This document shows, in pieces, positions 36,139 to 49,025 of a stretch of 63,714 bases of DNA. The stretch's first letter is position 1. Every line of letters starts with the position of its first letter. The notes under the pieces are model-generated. The model was not told the DNA's origin and did no database searches. It worked only from the letters and a program-made list of their open reading frames with translations. Made by a program: the position numbers and the translations under genes. The stretch covers positions 23,249,828 to 23,313,541 of the forward strand of contig NC_069001.1 in the NCBI RefSeq assembly GCF_001194135.2. The letters run 5' to 3'. Source of the stretch: Octopus bimaculoides (taxonomy: Eukaryota).

Positions 36139-36370
36139 GTAAGTGACAGCGTAATATTGGCCAGCTGATTTTGGATAAAATTAATTCTCATTAGTGACGC
36201 TACTCCATTGCTTAGGGTTAGGCTAACTAGCCTTGTCAGTTTAGGGAATATACCATAGGAATCAGTGGCTGGTTCGGTAAAATGATAAAGTGAAAATTAT
36301 CAAATTATTACAGTGGTTAAATTATAAAATTATTAAAGTGATACATCCGGTTAATGGAGTGACAGTCATG

Positions 36371-36634
36371 TTTCACAATTGACAACTGTGGTAAAATGGT
36401 TAGATTTATTGTTTAAATACCCTGTCATGGACTCCAGCAGGCTGAATCTTACCAACTGTATTTTGACCAATCAGTATGTGGTTTAGACTTAGTTGGCACA
36501 CTCACCAAACTGTAACATCTAATCCACGTACTGATTGGTCAAAATACAGTTTGTAAGATTCAGCCTACTGGAACCCATCGGAGGGTATTTAAACAATAAA
36601 TCTAACCATTTCACCCCAGTTGTCAATTATGAAA
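36371..36634. repeat. Fold-back element/MITE (117-bp arms, 30-nt loop)
   Basis: 36371-36487 is the reverse complement of 36518-36634; both arms carry GACCAATCAG. Confidence 0.92.
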
Positions 36635-36758
36635 GTACTAGTTTATTTCAATGTTGTAAAATTATAAACTTCGGGAATGATAAAAAGTGAAAAACAGACA
36701 TAGTTGGAATTTCATTGATTAATATATTCTTCTATATACACAATCATCCAACCTCGGA

Positions 36759-36814
<56 letters not shown>

Positions 36815-37042
36815 CATAGGTGAAATTTTGTGATACAGAATACCACTAAAATGATTTTGTTCAGTATAATGAAATATTTGTAGTTCCTCCCATATCATTT
36901 TGTTAAGACACAGATAACAGAATCTTATTATTGAAAATTCATTACAGTGCATATTTAAATACAACAAAACAGAACTGAATTCCCAAGAAGCTAAAATTCC
37001 TTGCTATCAACGGAATCTGTGTGACACACTTTCACCTTGCAG

Positions 37043-37109
37043 ATGTCATCTGACCATGGTTCTTATTGCTTGTGGAACAAAAAAGATGTAGCCCCAAATT
37101 CCACAAATG
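37043..37109 (+). CDS. Candidate coding exon (MSSDHGSYCLWNKKDVAPNSTN), phase 0-1
   Basis: Strong acceptor actttcaccttgcag; donor G|GTATAT. Confidence 0.5.
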
Positions 37110-37731
37110 GTATATTTAAAGGATATATTCACGGATACTTGAGTATCAACACACACACACACAGACAGAATAAGCTCATAATTTACCAATTTCGTTCTCT
37201 CTATCCATCAATCCATCTGTTTATCTGCCTATTTACTTGTCTGTCTGTCTGTCTATTTCTACACCTATCTGCCTGCCTGCCTTCCTTCCTGCCTTACTTC
37301 CTTTCTTCTTTTATTTCTTTATTTATTTCTTTTAGAAACCTCAGTGAAGAAATTCTTAGATGATAATATTGAGGATTAATTAAATACAATATTTCCAAGA
37401 TGACATTTCAATATCTTTCTTATTCGTATTTTTTTCATATTTTATGTTCTTCACTATTGCTATCACATTCCATCATCACACACTCATCTTCTTATCTTAA
37501 AAAAATATCTTTACATTAACAGCCAGACATACAAACTAGTCAGAAATATCTATTCACAAAATAAATAAATAAATAAGAACAGAAAAATAGAAAAAAATGA
37601 TTCATTACTACTAAATTGATTGATATTTTTTTGATCAGATGATTGAAATTTACTTTTGCAAGTACAATGAACAATGGAAACTGGATTGGGTTTTTCTTAT
37701 TTTGATTGTTATTTTGAACTGTAAATTAAAG

Positions 37732-37791
37732 GATGCCAATTTGTTGCTCTGGTTCTGTGTAAACCAGAATACAAGAAAAGTCAGAAATTCT
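37732..37791 (+). CDS. Candidate coding exon (CQFVALVLCKPEYKKSQKF), phase 1-1
   Basis: T-rich tract then AAG acceptor; donor T|GTAAGA; continues the frame from 37109. Confidence 0.45.
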
Positions 37792-37879
37792 GTAAGATGT
37801 TACTTCTTGGGAAAAAGGGACCATTGTGATTGTCCAGGAAAATTAAAAGGACAAGGAATAAATTTTTGGTCAACCATTA

Positions 37880-38280
37880 CCTTTTACTTGTTGCTTCAGT
37901 CATTACACTGTCGCCATGCTGGGGCACCACCTTGAAAAAACACATTTAATTGAATGAATTGACCCCAGTTCTTATTACTTCTTTTTTTGGTTTTTGAAAA
38001 TTGGTACTTGTTCTATCGGTTTCTTTTGCCAATTCACTAAGTTATAGGGACATAACACACCAACACCAGTTGTCAAGCAGTGGTAGGGGACAAACACAGA
38101 CACAAAGACACACGCACACACACACAGGATTGGCTTCTTTCAGTTTCCATCTACCAAATCCACTCACAAGGATTTGATCTGCCCAAAGTTATAGCAGAAG
38201 ACACTTGCCCAAGGTGCCATGGAGAGGGACTGAACCATGTGGTTGGGAAACGAACTTCTTACTACACAGCCCTTCCTGAG
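37880..38280 (-). mobile_element. SINE family A, full length
   Basis: Reverse complement of family motifs. Confidence 0.9.
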
Positions 38281-38769
38281 CCTGTAGGTATCTTTTTTAA
38301 ACTCTGAAGGATTGATTAAAGAAATCCCCCCCTCCCCCGCCCACTACTTAATTGTTTCTAAGGCTGGTACTTATTCTTGGGTTAGAGAAATGTAAACAAA
38401 CCAACACTGGTTGTCAAGTGGTGGGTGGTGGTGGGGTAGTCAAACAGAAAAGCAGACACATATATATGTATAGACAAATCATATGTGATGACAAAAGAGG
38501 TAGACCCCAATATCAGTGGAAACAAAGGATTACATTTAATGATATAACTGCATCCTTCAATAGATAACAGGGTTTGTTTATGCTCCCATAACCTAGTGGT
38601 ACAGCAGAACAGACTGATAGAATAAGTACCAGACTTTAAAAAAAATAAGCACTGGGGTTGGTTCACTCAACTAAAAGTGTTTCAAAGGGATGCCCCAGTA
38701 TGGCCATATTCTAATGACTGAAACAATAAAAGACAAAAGTAGAAGATATATTATATCTTTATATATATA

Positions 38770-39320
38770 TATCATCATCATCATTTAATGTCATTTGTCC
38801 ATGCTGGCATGGGTTAGATGGTTTGACTACTGCTGACAAGCTGGGGAGCTGCACCAGATGCCAGTCTGCTTTCGTATGGTTTCTACAGCTGGATGCCCTT
38901 CCTAACACCAACCACTTCACAGAGTGTGCCAGATACTTTTACATGGCACCACAGGGTGCTATTATGTGGAACTGCACAGTCGCTTTTATGTGGCACTGAA
39001 CAAGCTATTTTAGCATGACACCACATGGTCACTTTTACATGTTGCTGCACAAGCAATTTTACATGGTACTGCATGGGCACAATTACATGATGCTGCCACG
39101 AGTGCATTACACGACCAGAAGGATTGGTCTTTACATTTCTTGCTGCAGAGTATGGGTCTTCTTGAGTATGACAAGGCACAAGGTATCTTGGTCTTTTGTC
39201 ATCTCACTTGAAAGGTTCAGGTTCCTGAGGTTGTTCTTCAGTACTTCATCCCATGTCTTCCTGGGTCTCCCACTTCTGCATGTTCCATCCACCTTCACAG
39301 ACCAACACTTCTTTATGGAA
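38770..39320 (-). mobile_element. RTE LINE 3' end with internal 24-bp minisatellite
   Basis: KKCWSVKVDGTCRSGRPRKTWDEVLKNNLRNL (ORF2 C-terminus) plus 3' UTR; degenerate 24-nt tandem at 38936-39116. Confidence 0.85.
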
Positions 39321-39327
39321 CTGTTGG

Positions 39328-39370
<43 letters not shown>

Positions 39371-40304
39371 CATACATACATACATATATCATCATCATCA
39401 TTTAACATCCGCTTTCCATGCTAACATGGGTTGGACAATTTGACTGAGGNNNNNNNNNNNNNNNNNNNNNNNNNNNNNNNNNNNNNNNNNNNNNNNNNNN
39501 NNNNNNNNNNNNNNNNNNNNNNNNNNNNNNNNNNNNNNNNNNNNNNNNNNNNNNNNNNNNNNNNNNNNNNNNNNNNNNNNNNNNNNNNNNNNNNNNNNNN
39601 NNNNNNNNNNNNNNNNNNNNNNNNNNNNNNNNNNNNNNNNNNNNNNNNNNNNNNNNNNNNNNNNNNNNNNNNNNNNNNNNNNNNNNNNNNNNNNNNNNNN
39701 NNNNNNNNNNNNNNNNNNNNNNNNNNNNNNNNNNNNNNNNNNNNNNNNNNNNNNNNNNNNNNNNNNNNNNNNNNNNNNNNNNNNNNNNNNNNNNNNNNNN
39801 NNNNNNNNNNNNNNNNNNNNNNNNNNNNNNNNNNNNNNNNNNNNNNNNNNNNNNNNNNNNNNNNNNNNNNNNNNNNNNNNNNNNNNNNNNNNNNNNNNNN
39901 NNNNNNNNNNNNNNNNNNNNNNNNNNNNNNNNNNNNNNNNNNNNNNNNNNNNNNNNNNNNNNNNNNNNNNNNNNNNNNNNNNNNNNNNNNNNNNNNNNNN
40001 NNNNNNNNNNNNNNNNNNNNNNNNNNNNNNNNNNNNNNNNNNNNNNNNNNNNNNNNNNNNNNNNNNNNNNNNNNNNNNNNNNNNNNNNNNNNNNNNNNNN
40101 NNNNNNNNNNNNNNNNNNNNNNNNNNNNNNNNNNTATATATATATATATATATATATATATGGATGTGTGGTAAGAAGTCCTACTTCTTATTATACTTCT
40201 TATTATGCAGCCATGCCTGCACCTATAATGATTCTTACCTTAAAAACTAATTACGAAAAGAAACTGTTATAAAGTTGCTTTTTAATATAAAATGTGGTGA
40301 GAAG

Positions 40305-40500
40305 ATGACGAGCTGGCAGAACTGTTAGCACGGTTGGCAAAATACTGAGAGGCATTTCGCCTGTCTTTACATTCTGTGTTCATATTCGTCTGAGGTCAAC
40401 TTTGCCTTTCATACTTTCAAGCTCAATAGGATAAGTACCAATTGAGCCCTGAGGTTGATTTACCTGCTCCCCTAAAATTGCTGATCTTGTGCCAAAATGT
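40305..40500 (+). mobile_element. SINE family B (Nin/Deu-like), diverged
   Basis: GAGCTGGCAGAACTGTTAGCAC...GAGGTCAACTTTGCCTTTCATAC...GATAAGTACCA. Confidence 0.8.
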
Positions 40501-41239
40501 AAAACATGTAAGAAACAGTGACAGCAGCAGTGTTGGGGTAGGAAAATCAAAATATTTGCAAAATGTTACAAAAACAATTGCTTTTTTTCCTGTTTTAATA
40601 ACCAAGCTTAAAGACACGTTGAAAAGATTTTGAAGAAAACGAATGTGACGAAGAAATTCAACTGTTGTGGAACTTGAGTTTCAATTATTAAACATTTCCC
40701 ACAGATCTAAACTTTGAGATATTATTACTGTAAAAGATTGCTTGTTATTATCACATAAACTAAATAATGACTGTGAGATGGTCAAAGCATCAAGAAAAGC
40801 AGACGAGCATGAAGAAAAAGAAGACAAAAAAGGAGGAGAAGGAAGAACTGAAACCAGTTCTTCGTTTTATTAAACCTGCATGTGTAAGCAAAGCAGGGTT
40901 ATTGTAGTTGCTCATCTTCAACTTTTTGTCTATGTGTTTGCAATATTACTAGGAAATGGCCAAACAAATCTTCACCAGATTTAGCAGAAATACTCATTAG
41001 GTGAGTGGCTCAAACTCATTAAAGTTTCAATTGTTTATCTTCAAAACTAGTGGACAGGTGAATCAAAATGTTTTTTTTTTTTTTGTTGCATATGCATAAC
41101 CGATAGGCAGGGGAAATAACACTTGATATCATTTTGTTGAAATAGGAATTCGTTTGAGAATATATTTATGGAATTAAATTTTAATGTATCCCTGTGTGTA
41201 TTCAGGGTATCTATCAACCTTCTGACACCTTGCTTTTCA

Positions 41240-41632
41240 TCTTTTACTTATTTCAGTCATTAGACTGCAGCTATGCTGGGCACTGCCTTGAAGAAACTTT
41301 AAGTCGAACTTAATGACCCCAGTATGTATCTTTTTTTAAAGCCTTGTACTTATTCTATTGGTCTTTTTTTACCAAACTGCTAAGATACAGGGATATAAAC
41401 ACACCAACACTAGATGTTAAGCAGTGGTGGGAGAACAAACAGAGACACACATACACACACACATATATGTATGTGACAGGCTTCTTTCAGTTTCCATCTA
41501 CCAAATCTACTCACAATGCATTGGTCAGTCCAAGGCAATAATAGAAGACACTTGCCCAAGATGCCGTGCAGTGGGACTGAACCCAGAACCACATGGCTGG
41601 AAAGCAAACTTCTTACCACATAGCCACTCCTG
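41240..41632 (-). mobile_element. SINE family A, full length
   Basis: Reverse complement of family motifs. Confidence 0.92.
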
Positions 41633-41710
41633 TTCAGTAAAAATAACTTTGTCAGAAGCATTAACTAATATTGAAAAAGTATGGCAATACCCTTCTTCTA
41701 ATTCTTGAAG

Positions 41711-41860
41711 TCACAAATGCAAACATGGCACCAGTTTATATGTGTCATGTCTGGAATGGAAGACTTTCTGTTAAGTCAAAATGTCAAATTAGCTCCATCC
41801 AAATTTTTTCTCAATGCTGGACAGTTATGTTCCATGAACTGATTATTCTTATCTACCAGT
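41711..41860 (+). CDS. Candidate 150-nt exon (TNANMAPVYMCHVWNGRLSVKSKCQISSIQIFSQCWTVMFHELIILIYQ), phase 1-1
   Basis: ccttcttctaattcttgaag acceptor and T|GTAAGA donor; only the phase-1 frame stays open throughout. Confidence 0.33.
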
Positions 41861-42220
41861 GTAAGAATAAAGAGTTTCTTTGTGATTTGTGGTTCCATGT
41901 TGCTACTTTGCATTTCATTGTTAATACTCTGAGTTTCAAAATGAGTGAAATACATGACATAAATGAATACAAAGAAAATATCGAAATATATACTGATATA
42001 CATATACACATACCTATACATTAACACACAGACATGTATACACACATGCAGACATATACGTGTGTGTGTGCATGCGTGCGTGTATACAGAGAGAAAGAGA
42101 GAGAGAGAGAGTCAACAGATGAGATCCAGAGATTCTCAATATAGGAAACAGTAGCACTCAAACGGTTTGAACTTACATTCAGAAACCTATACTGAGGACC
42201 AGGTCCACAGGGTATAGTCA

Positions 42221-42251
<31 letters not shown>

Positions 42252-42256
42252 TTCTT

Positions 42257-42287
<31 letters not shown>

Positions 42288-42306
42288 TTCTTTCTCTCTC
42301 TCTATT

Positions 42307-42351
<45 letters not shown>

Positions 42352-42774
42352 NNNNNNNNNNNNNNNNNNNNNNNNNNNNNNNNNNNNNNNNNNNNNNNNN
42401 NNNNNNNNNNNNNNNNNNNNNNNNNNNNNNNNNNNNNNNNNNNNNNNNNNNNNNNNNNNNNNNNNNNNNNNNNNNNNNNNNNNNNNNNNNNNNNNNNNNN
42501 NNNNNNNNNNNNNNNNNNNNNNNNNNNNNNNNNNNNNNNNNNNNNNNNNNNNNNNNNNNNNNNNNNNNNNNNNNNNNNNNNNNNNNNNNNNNNNNNNNNN
42601 NNNNNNNNNNNNNNNNNNNNNNNNNNNNNNNNNNNNNNNNNNNNNNNNNNNNNNNNNNNNNNNNNNNNNNNNNNNNNNNNNNNNNNNNNNNNNNNNNNNN
42701 NNNNNNNNNNNNNNNNNNNNNNNNNNNNNNNNNNNNNNNNNNNNNNNNNNNNNNNNNNTATATCATACATGTGT

Positions 42775-43160
42775 GTTTGTGTGTGTGCAGGTATGGCTGT
42801 GTTGTAAGAAGCTTACTTCCCAACCAAATGGTTCCAGATTCAGTCCCACTGTGTAGCACCTTGGCCAAGTTCTTTTACCAAAGCCTTGGTTGACCAAATC
42901 ATTGTGAGTGAATTTGTTCAATAGAAACAGAAAAAAACCTGTCACACATATGTGTGTGTCTTTGTGTTTGTCTTTGTCCCCTATTATTGTTTGACCATTG
43001 GTGTTGGTTTGTTTGCATCCCAATAACTTAGCAGTTTGGCAATAGAAACCATTAGAATGAATACAAGGCTTTAAAAATAAAACCTGGGAATGGTCAATTT
43101 GACTAAAACCCTTCACTGCAGTTCCCCAGCATGGCCACAGGTCAACGAATGAAGCAAGGG
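42775..43160 (+). mobile_element. SINE family A, full length
   Basis: Head to tail. Confidence 0.88.
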
Positions 43161-43181
43161 AATGATCAAAAATAAAGATAG

Positions 43182-43353
43182 GTGAAGGAGTGGCTGTGTG
43201 GTAAGTAGCTTGCTTGCAAACCACATAGTTCCGGGTTCAGTCCCACTGCGTGGCACCTTGGGCAAGTGTCTTCTACTATAATCTCAGATTGACCAAAGCC
43301 TTGTGAGTGGATTTGGTAGATAGAAACTGAAAGAAGCCTGTCGTATATATGTC

Positions 43354-43384
<31 letters not shown>

Positions 43385-43592
43385 ATATGTTTGTGTGTCT
43401 ATGTTTGTCCCCCCAACATCACTTGACAACCGATGCTGGTGCGTTTACGTCCCCCGTAACTTAGCAGTTTGGCAAAAGAGACTGATAGAATAAGTACTAG
43501 GCTTACAAAGAAAAGGTCCTGGGGTCGATGTGCTTGACTAAAGGCGGTGCTCCAGCATGGCCACAGTCAAATGATTGAAACAAATAAAAGAG
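43182..43592 (+). mobile_element. SINE family A, full length, near-consensus
   Basis: GGAGTGGCTGTGTGGTAAGT...CCGGGTTCAGTCCCACTGCGTGGCACCTTGGGCAAGT; CpGs retained. Confidence 0.95.
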
Positions 43593-44262
43593 ATATCATA
43601 AAATACATAAGAAAAATATCACCAAATTAAATGTTTTAAATATCTTTTTTATTGACAAGGTTATAATATGAAACAAAATGAATACCAAAACATATTTGAC
43701 CATATTAAATAAATATATATATTTTATATTTTCTTTCTTTTGATACAACTTTCATATGTGTTCAGATGTAACTTTTTTTTCGATCTGTTTCATTTTAAAA
43801 TGTNNNNNNNNNNNNNNNNNNNNNNNNNNNNNNNNNNNNNNNNNNNNNNNNNNNNNNNNNNNNNNNNNNNGGGGGTAATAACAACGAAACGCTCAATTTG
43901 TTTCTGGTAATCTCATTTTAACAAATTTTTCATTAGATGAATCTTTTTATGCCCCATGAATTTTGTTATGATAAAATTTCACCAACGCACACATATATAC
44001 ATATGTGTGTGGGTGTTTAAATATGTACATGTGAGTCTGTTTCCGTGTGTGCATGTGTATTTGTATTTATGTATATATATATATATGTGTGTGTGTATGT
44101 ATTTATGTACGTATGTATGTGTGTTTATTTATGCATTTCAATAAAGACACAACTATGTTCTACTTTTATCTCTTTTGTTACAAATTTTTCATGATTTTAT
44201 ATCAGTTTCTTGCAATTTGATTGGAACAATAAATTTCCTAAATCCATATTCTATGTTTCCAG

Positions 44263-44326
44263 ACCTTTACTGTTTCATTTCAAAGAAATGAAATAGATTT
44301 GGCATTGGCATTACTTCTTATGTATG
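44263..44326 (+). CDS. Candidate coding exon (TFTVSFQRNEIDLALALLLMY), phase 0-1
   Basis: tattctatgtttccag acceptor and G|GTAAAA donor; open frame. Confidence 0.4.
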
Positions 44327-44584
44327 GTAAAATCACTACTTAGAAGAACATTTAGATTCTTCTCCGCAAGCAAGGCACCAAAGACAGAAGAGCTATTGAA
44401 GAATACAAAGACAAATATGATATAACAAATGCCCCAGAGACTGTGTTACCAAAATGCAAATCACACTTAAAAATTATATGAATTAAATGCATAACTAATA
44501 TCAAAGAGATGAATTCATAATGAAGCCTTTTGTAAAACAGAAAACAAGATGCTTCACATCTCGTTATAAACTGAGATGAAAACT

Positions 44585-44800
44585 GGAAAAAGCCCATCAT
44601 ATATATGTATATACATATACAGGTGTGTGTGTCTGTGTTTGTACCCCACCACTGTTTGACAACTGGTGCCGGTTTGACTAAAGAGAGCATGAGAATAAGC
44701 ACTAGGCTCAAAACAAGTACTGGGGTCAATTCATTCGACGACTAAAAATTCTTCAAGGCAACGCACCAACATGGCTGCATACAGAAACAAGTAAAAGATA
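44585..44800 (+). mobile_element. SINE family A 3' half
   Basis: GTGTCTGTGTTTGTACCCC...GGGGTCAATTCATTCGAC. Confidence 0.75.
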
Positions 44801-45059
44801 AAGGTTAAAATTAAAACCTCCATAAAAAAAAAAAAAACTCATCAGAAACATAAACCCAAGAATGAGCAATGTATTCTTCAAATTTGTTTCAAGAGGGACA
44901 AAATGGTACTAAGAATTTTGCCTGGCATGCTACTAGTTTGCCTGTTCACCACTTTAGTCCTCTGTATAATATTGGGGGGGAAAAAAAAAAAAGGGCAGGA
45001 AGAGATTTTGCAGAGGGTAAAAACACAAAAAGTTTGACATGAACACTTAATATCTCACA

Positions 45060-46435
45060 GATATGCATTTGATGCTCTCAGACACACATGATGGGAGTTC
45101 AGAAGTAACATTAACATCATAGAAGGAGAAACAATTTTCAACTCTGGCGATTTCTGACCCTGTCTACCAGTCATATCAATGGGTACATATTCTAATGAGA
45201 TGAGTGCATTCTTAAAAAATAAGATGTTTACATTTGGAAACAAGTAGTAAAACTTCACCTTTGTACCAACATGAGAACTGCACTAAACAGAAATGTCTAA
45301 GAAACCCAGTTTACAAAATCTTACATCAGTTGGGAAGCAAAAGTCACCTACCGGTGGATACTGTTTGGTGAAGATGTCAAAAGTTTATGGAACAGACAAT
45401 TATCAAGAGATACAAACAAAGGTTCAAGGTAGCCTCTCACAGATTTAGAAAAGAACTTGGTTTCCTGAACATGTAATACGAGCTTATATAAATAACATTG
45501 TGGGGGATATTATTGCCACTATCATTGGACAAGTATCAGCCCAAACCAGATAGTATGAGATGTTCACACTGGCTGACATTAATGATACTACCAACAATAC
45601 AATTAGATTGTTTTATTCTTTCATCCTTCTGTTACAAATTGCAGCTGTAATGGAGAACACTTATCATATTGCTATGAAATTTATATTCAGTAAAACTTTG
45701 TGACTACACATGACTTGCTGTTTAACTCTTCTGCCTCAAGTGAATAAAGCCATCATTATAAATGTGCTGACAGAGATTGTTTGTCATTCTATACAACAGA
45801 TATGCTGGTTCAGTCGAAGCCCTATAAGTGACAATGTCTTCCCTGACCTGTAATGGGAATGTTCAGCAGTCACATTAATACATCTGATGTCACAATTTGC
45901 TAGAATATTACCCACACAATCAAGAAAATCTGATCAGTCACTACTTTGAGTGGATTAAATTCCGGTGATGATTTCATCTTTTGGAGTGTTCCCTTCTGAA
46001 CCTACCCATCAGTATAAATTCAGCACACCTTGACTACATGGCAATGTGCTTTGGGATACAGCAGAGATGAGATGGCAGATGGATAATGAACAGACGGCGA
46101 CAGCTGTTGGCAACAACCACAATCAATGATCAGCAACAGCAACACAATGACCAGCAGCTAAAATTTTTTACTGTTGTTACATTCCAACCAAGAACAACAA
46201 CACCCAAACTCTCTCGACATTTTGTAATTCTTAATAATGACAGATTTTTTTTTTTTTTTTGTGTGTACAGAAAGAATAAAAATCCTTTTTATCGAAAATT
46301 GCAACAGATACCAGTGTTCTTCACCATATAGACCATCAATATGGCTTGGAGACAGTTCTTCAGTAGTGATGGAGTTGAACTGACAAGTCTATGCTTCTCA
46401 TATGGTAAAGTCTATTTCATATGTTCACATTTTGC
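45060..46435 (+). mobile_element. Helitron PIF1-like helicase relic
   Basis: Ordered degenerate motifs GDF*PCLPVI..G, KLHLCTNMR, LIILL*NL..KLC.YT*L, TI(N)KS..QSL and GVELTSLCFSYGKVY (equivalent to CFSHGQLY). An unrelated insert lies at about 46000-46360. Confidence 0.8.
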
Positions 46436-46809
46436 AAACATATTTCATCATATTTCATCCTACAATTGCTTGTTTTATGTGTTTTAAATCAAATCAGAAT
46501 TACTAGAAAATATATAAAGTAAATTAGGAAGAAAATATATTCTCAAATCACAAAATTATTATTATGAATAAACACCCCTTAAAAAGTTATCTGCATTGTA
46601 CAAGACAAGAGCGATTCAATCTAATCTAAGACTTGTTTTGCATTACTAGAAAACTGTATGTAAAATATGAAAGCCATTGAATTTTAGCAAAATATGTTTC
46701 TATATATTTTGCAACTGGTTAAGTCTTTTCTACTTTAGCCCTGGACTTACAAAAGTATAGTTAGTTAAATTTAGTAGTTGGAAATTACATTAAATCCCAC
46801 CCGGCCAGT

Positions 46810-47413
46810 AAAACCATATTTATATGTATGTATACATACATATATGTGTGGAGGTGTGCGTGTGTATACCAGCATGTATGTGAATAAACATGTGTGTTTG
46901 TATGTCTATGTGCATGCATGTATCTGTGTGCATGCGCACACACATGTGAGTGTGTGTGGATATGTTTGTGTGCATGTGTGTATGAGGAGAAATGAATAGA
47001 GTGTGTCCATGTGTGTATCTGCATATACATCTCACTGCATATATTTGCATATATTCCATTTCAGTGGCTGTGACGTAGTTTGTGTCTCCTATCAACAAGT
47101 AGGATAAATTACCCTACATTAAAACAAGTGGATGTTGGCATCAGAGAGGCTGTAGAATACTGCTTCTAGAAGTCTTTACTGGCCTATGTCAGCATGGAAG
47201 AGGAGCTTGGTAAAAATGTTATTGATGATGATGTTGTATGAATACATTCACAAATATATTATACACATATCTAAGTACATATTTACACACACATATATAA
47301 ATATATATATACATATACATATATATATGTATATATATATATATATGTATGTATATATATATATATGTGTGTGTGTGTGAATATATATATACATAAATAC
47401 ATATATACTTGTG

Positions 47414-47452
<39 letters not shown>

Positions 47453-47602
47453 ATATGTATGTATATATGTATATGTATATATGTATATGTATGTATATAT
47501 GTATATGTATTTATATATGTATATGTATGTATATATATATGTATATATGTATATGTATGTATATATATATACATATATACACACATATATGTATATACAT
47601 AT

Positions 47603-47633
<31 letters not shown>

Positions 47634-48484
47634 CTTATATATGTATGTATATATATGTATATATATATATATACATATATATATATACATATATATGTAT
47701 ATATATATATATACATATATATATATACATATATATGCATATATATATACATACATACACACACACATATATACATGCATATGTATACATATATATGCAT
47801 ACATACATGCACATATATATACATGCATATATATACATAGATACATACATAAACATACATACATACACGCACACACATATATATATACACATACACACAC
47901 ACATACATATACATACATGTTTATATCCAAACATACATATATAAATACATGCACACAAACGGACAGGCGTACAAATATACATAATATGTAAATAAAGTAT
48001 AAACAAACAAGTTAGCAGAATTTGTTGTGTGTTGAAGCATAACTGGTTGATAACATCCAACAAACAATAACCCATCCTAAAGTTATCAATGGGAATAAGA
48101 GAAGTTTTTATCGAAGACTACCAATTTCAATGTACTAATTGACAAAAATGTCGAATTATTCAATCATAAATTTCTAAACAATAATATTAAATGTGAATGA
48201 AAGCATACACACTTACACATGTATATGAATACGCATATGTGTGTGTGTGTGTATTTATATATACACACACTTACACATGTATATGCATACGCATGTGTGT
48301 GTGTATTTATATATGCACACTGATCTATGTATGCATATATCTTATTTTTCAGTGAGTGTCTGTGGATGTGTGTGTATGTATATATATGTATACAGACATA
48401 CATATGAATACAGACATACGTAAATACACACATGCACACACTTGCGCGCACACTCACACACACATATATGTTTATATACATATA

Positions 48485-48522
<38 letters not shown>

Positions 48523-48650
48523 TACATATACACATATATGTATATATACATACATATATACACATATACATACATACACACTTACATATATATATATATA
48601 TATACATGTGTGTAATATGAGTGTATGAATATATGTGTGTGTGTGTATTT
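46810..48650. repeat. Long compound (TA)/(TG)/(CA) microsatellite region
   Basis: Direct inspection; the core at 47250-47960 is almost pure YI/TH-encoding repeat. Confidence 0.9.
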
Positions 48651-49025
48651 TGTTCCTTTACTTGTTTCAGTCATTAGACTGTGGCCATACTGGGGCAATA
48701 CCTTGAAGGGTTTTAGTCAAACAAATCGACTCCACGACTTATTTTTTTAAGGCTAGTAATTATTCTATCATTCTCTTTTGCTTAAACCTGGTTGTCAAGT
48801 AGGGATAGGGGGACAGATATAGACATAAGGAGACACACACACACATAGATATATGCATACACACACACACATATATGAAGGGCTTCTTTCAGTTACCATT
48901 TATCAAATTCCCTCAGAAGACTTTGGTCAGCCTGAAGCTATAGTACAAGACACTTGCTCAAGGTGTCACATAGTGGGACTGAACCCAGAACCATATGGCT
49001 CAGAAGCAAGCTTCATACTACACAC
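48645..49025 (-). mobile_element. SINE family A, internally deleted
   Basis: Reverse complement of tail and head motifs. Confidence 0.85.

Noticed and set aside
38936-39116. Regular 24-nt periodicity as a possible CRISPR-like array
   Set aside because: The units are contiguous and degenerate with no unique spacers, in a eukaryotic LINE context.
40780-40890. Lys/Glu-rich open frame ending at GTAAGC
   Set aside because: No credible acceptor; purine-rich low-complexity sequence explains the open frame.
42110-42170. CAGATGA...GGAAAC motif in the 17.9/42.1 kb repeat
   Set aside because: The core is altered at U4, stem II does not abut GAAA, and there is no stem I.
47219-48620. Long ORFs rich in YI, VC and TH (also at 207-1086, 7498-8243 and 57151-58691)
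   Set aside because: These are translations of dinucleotide microsatellites and N-gaps.
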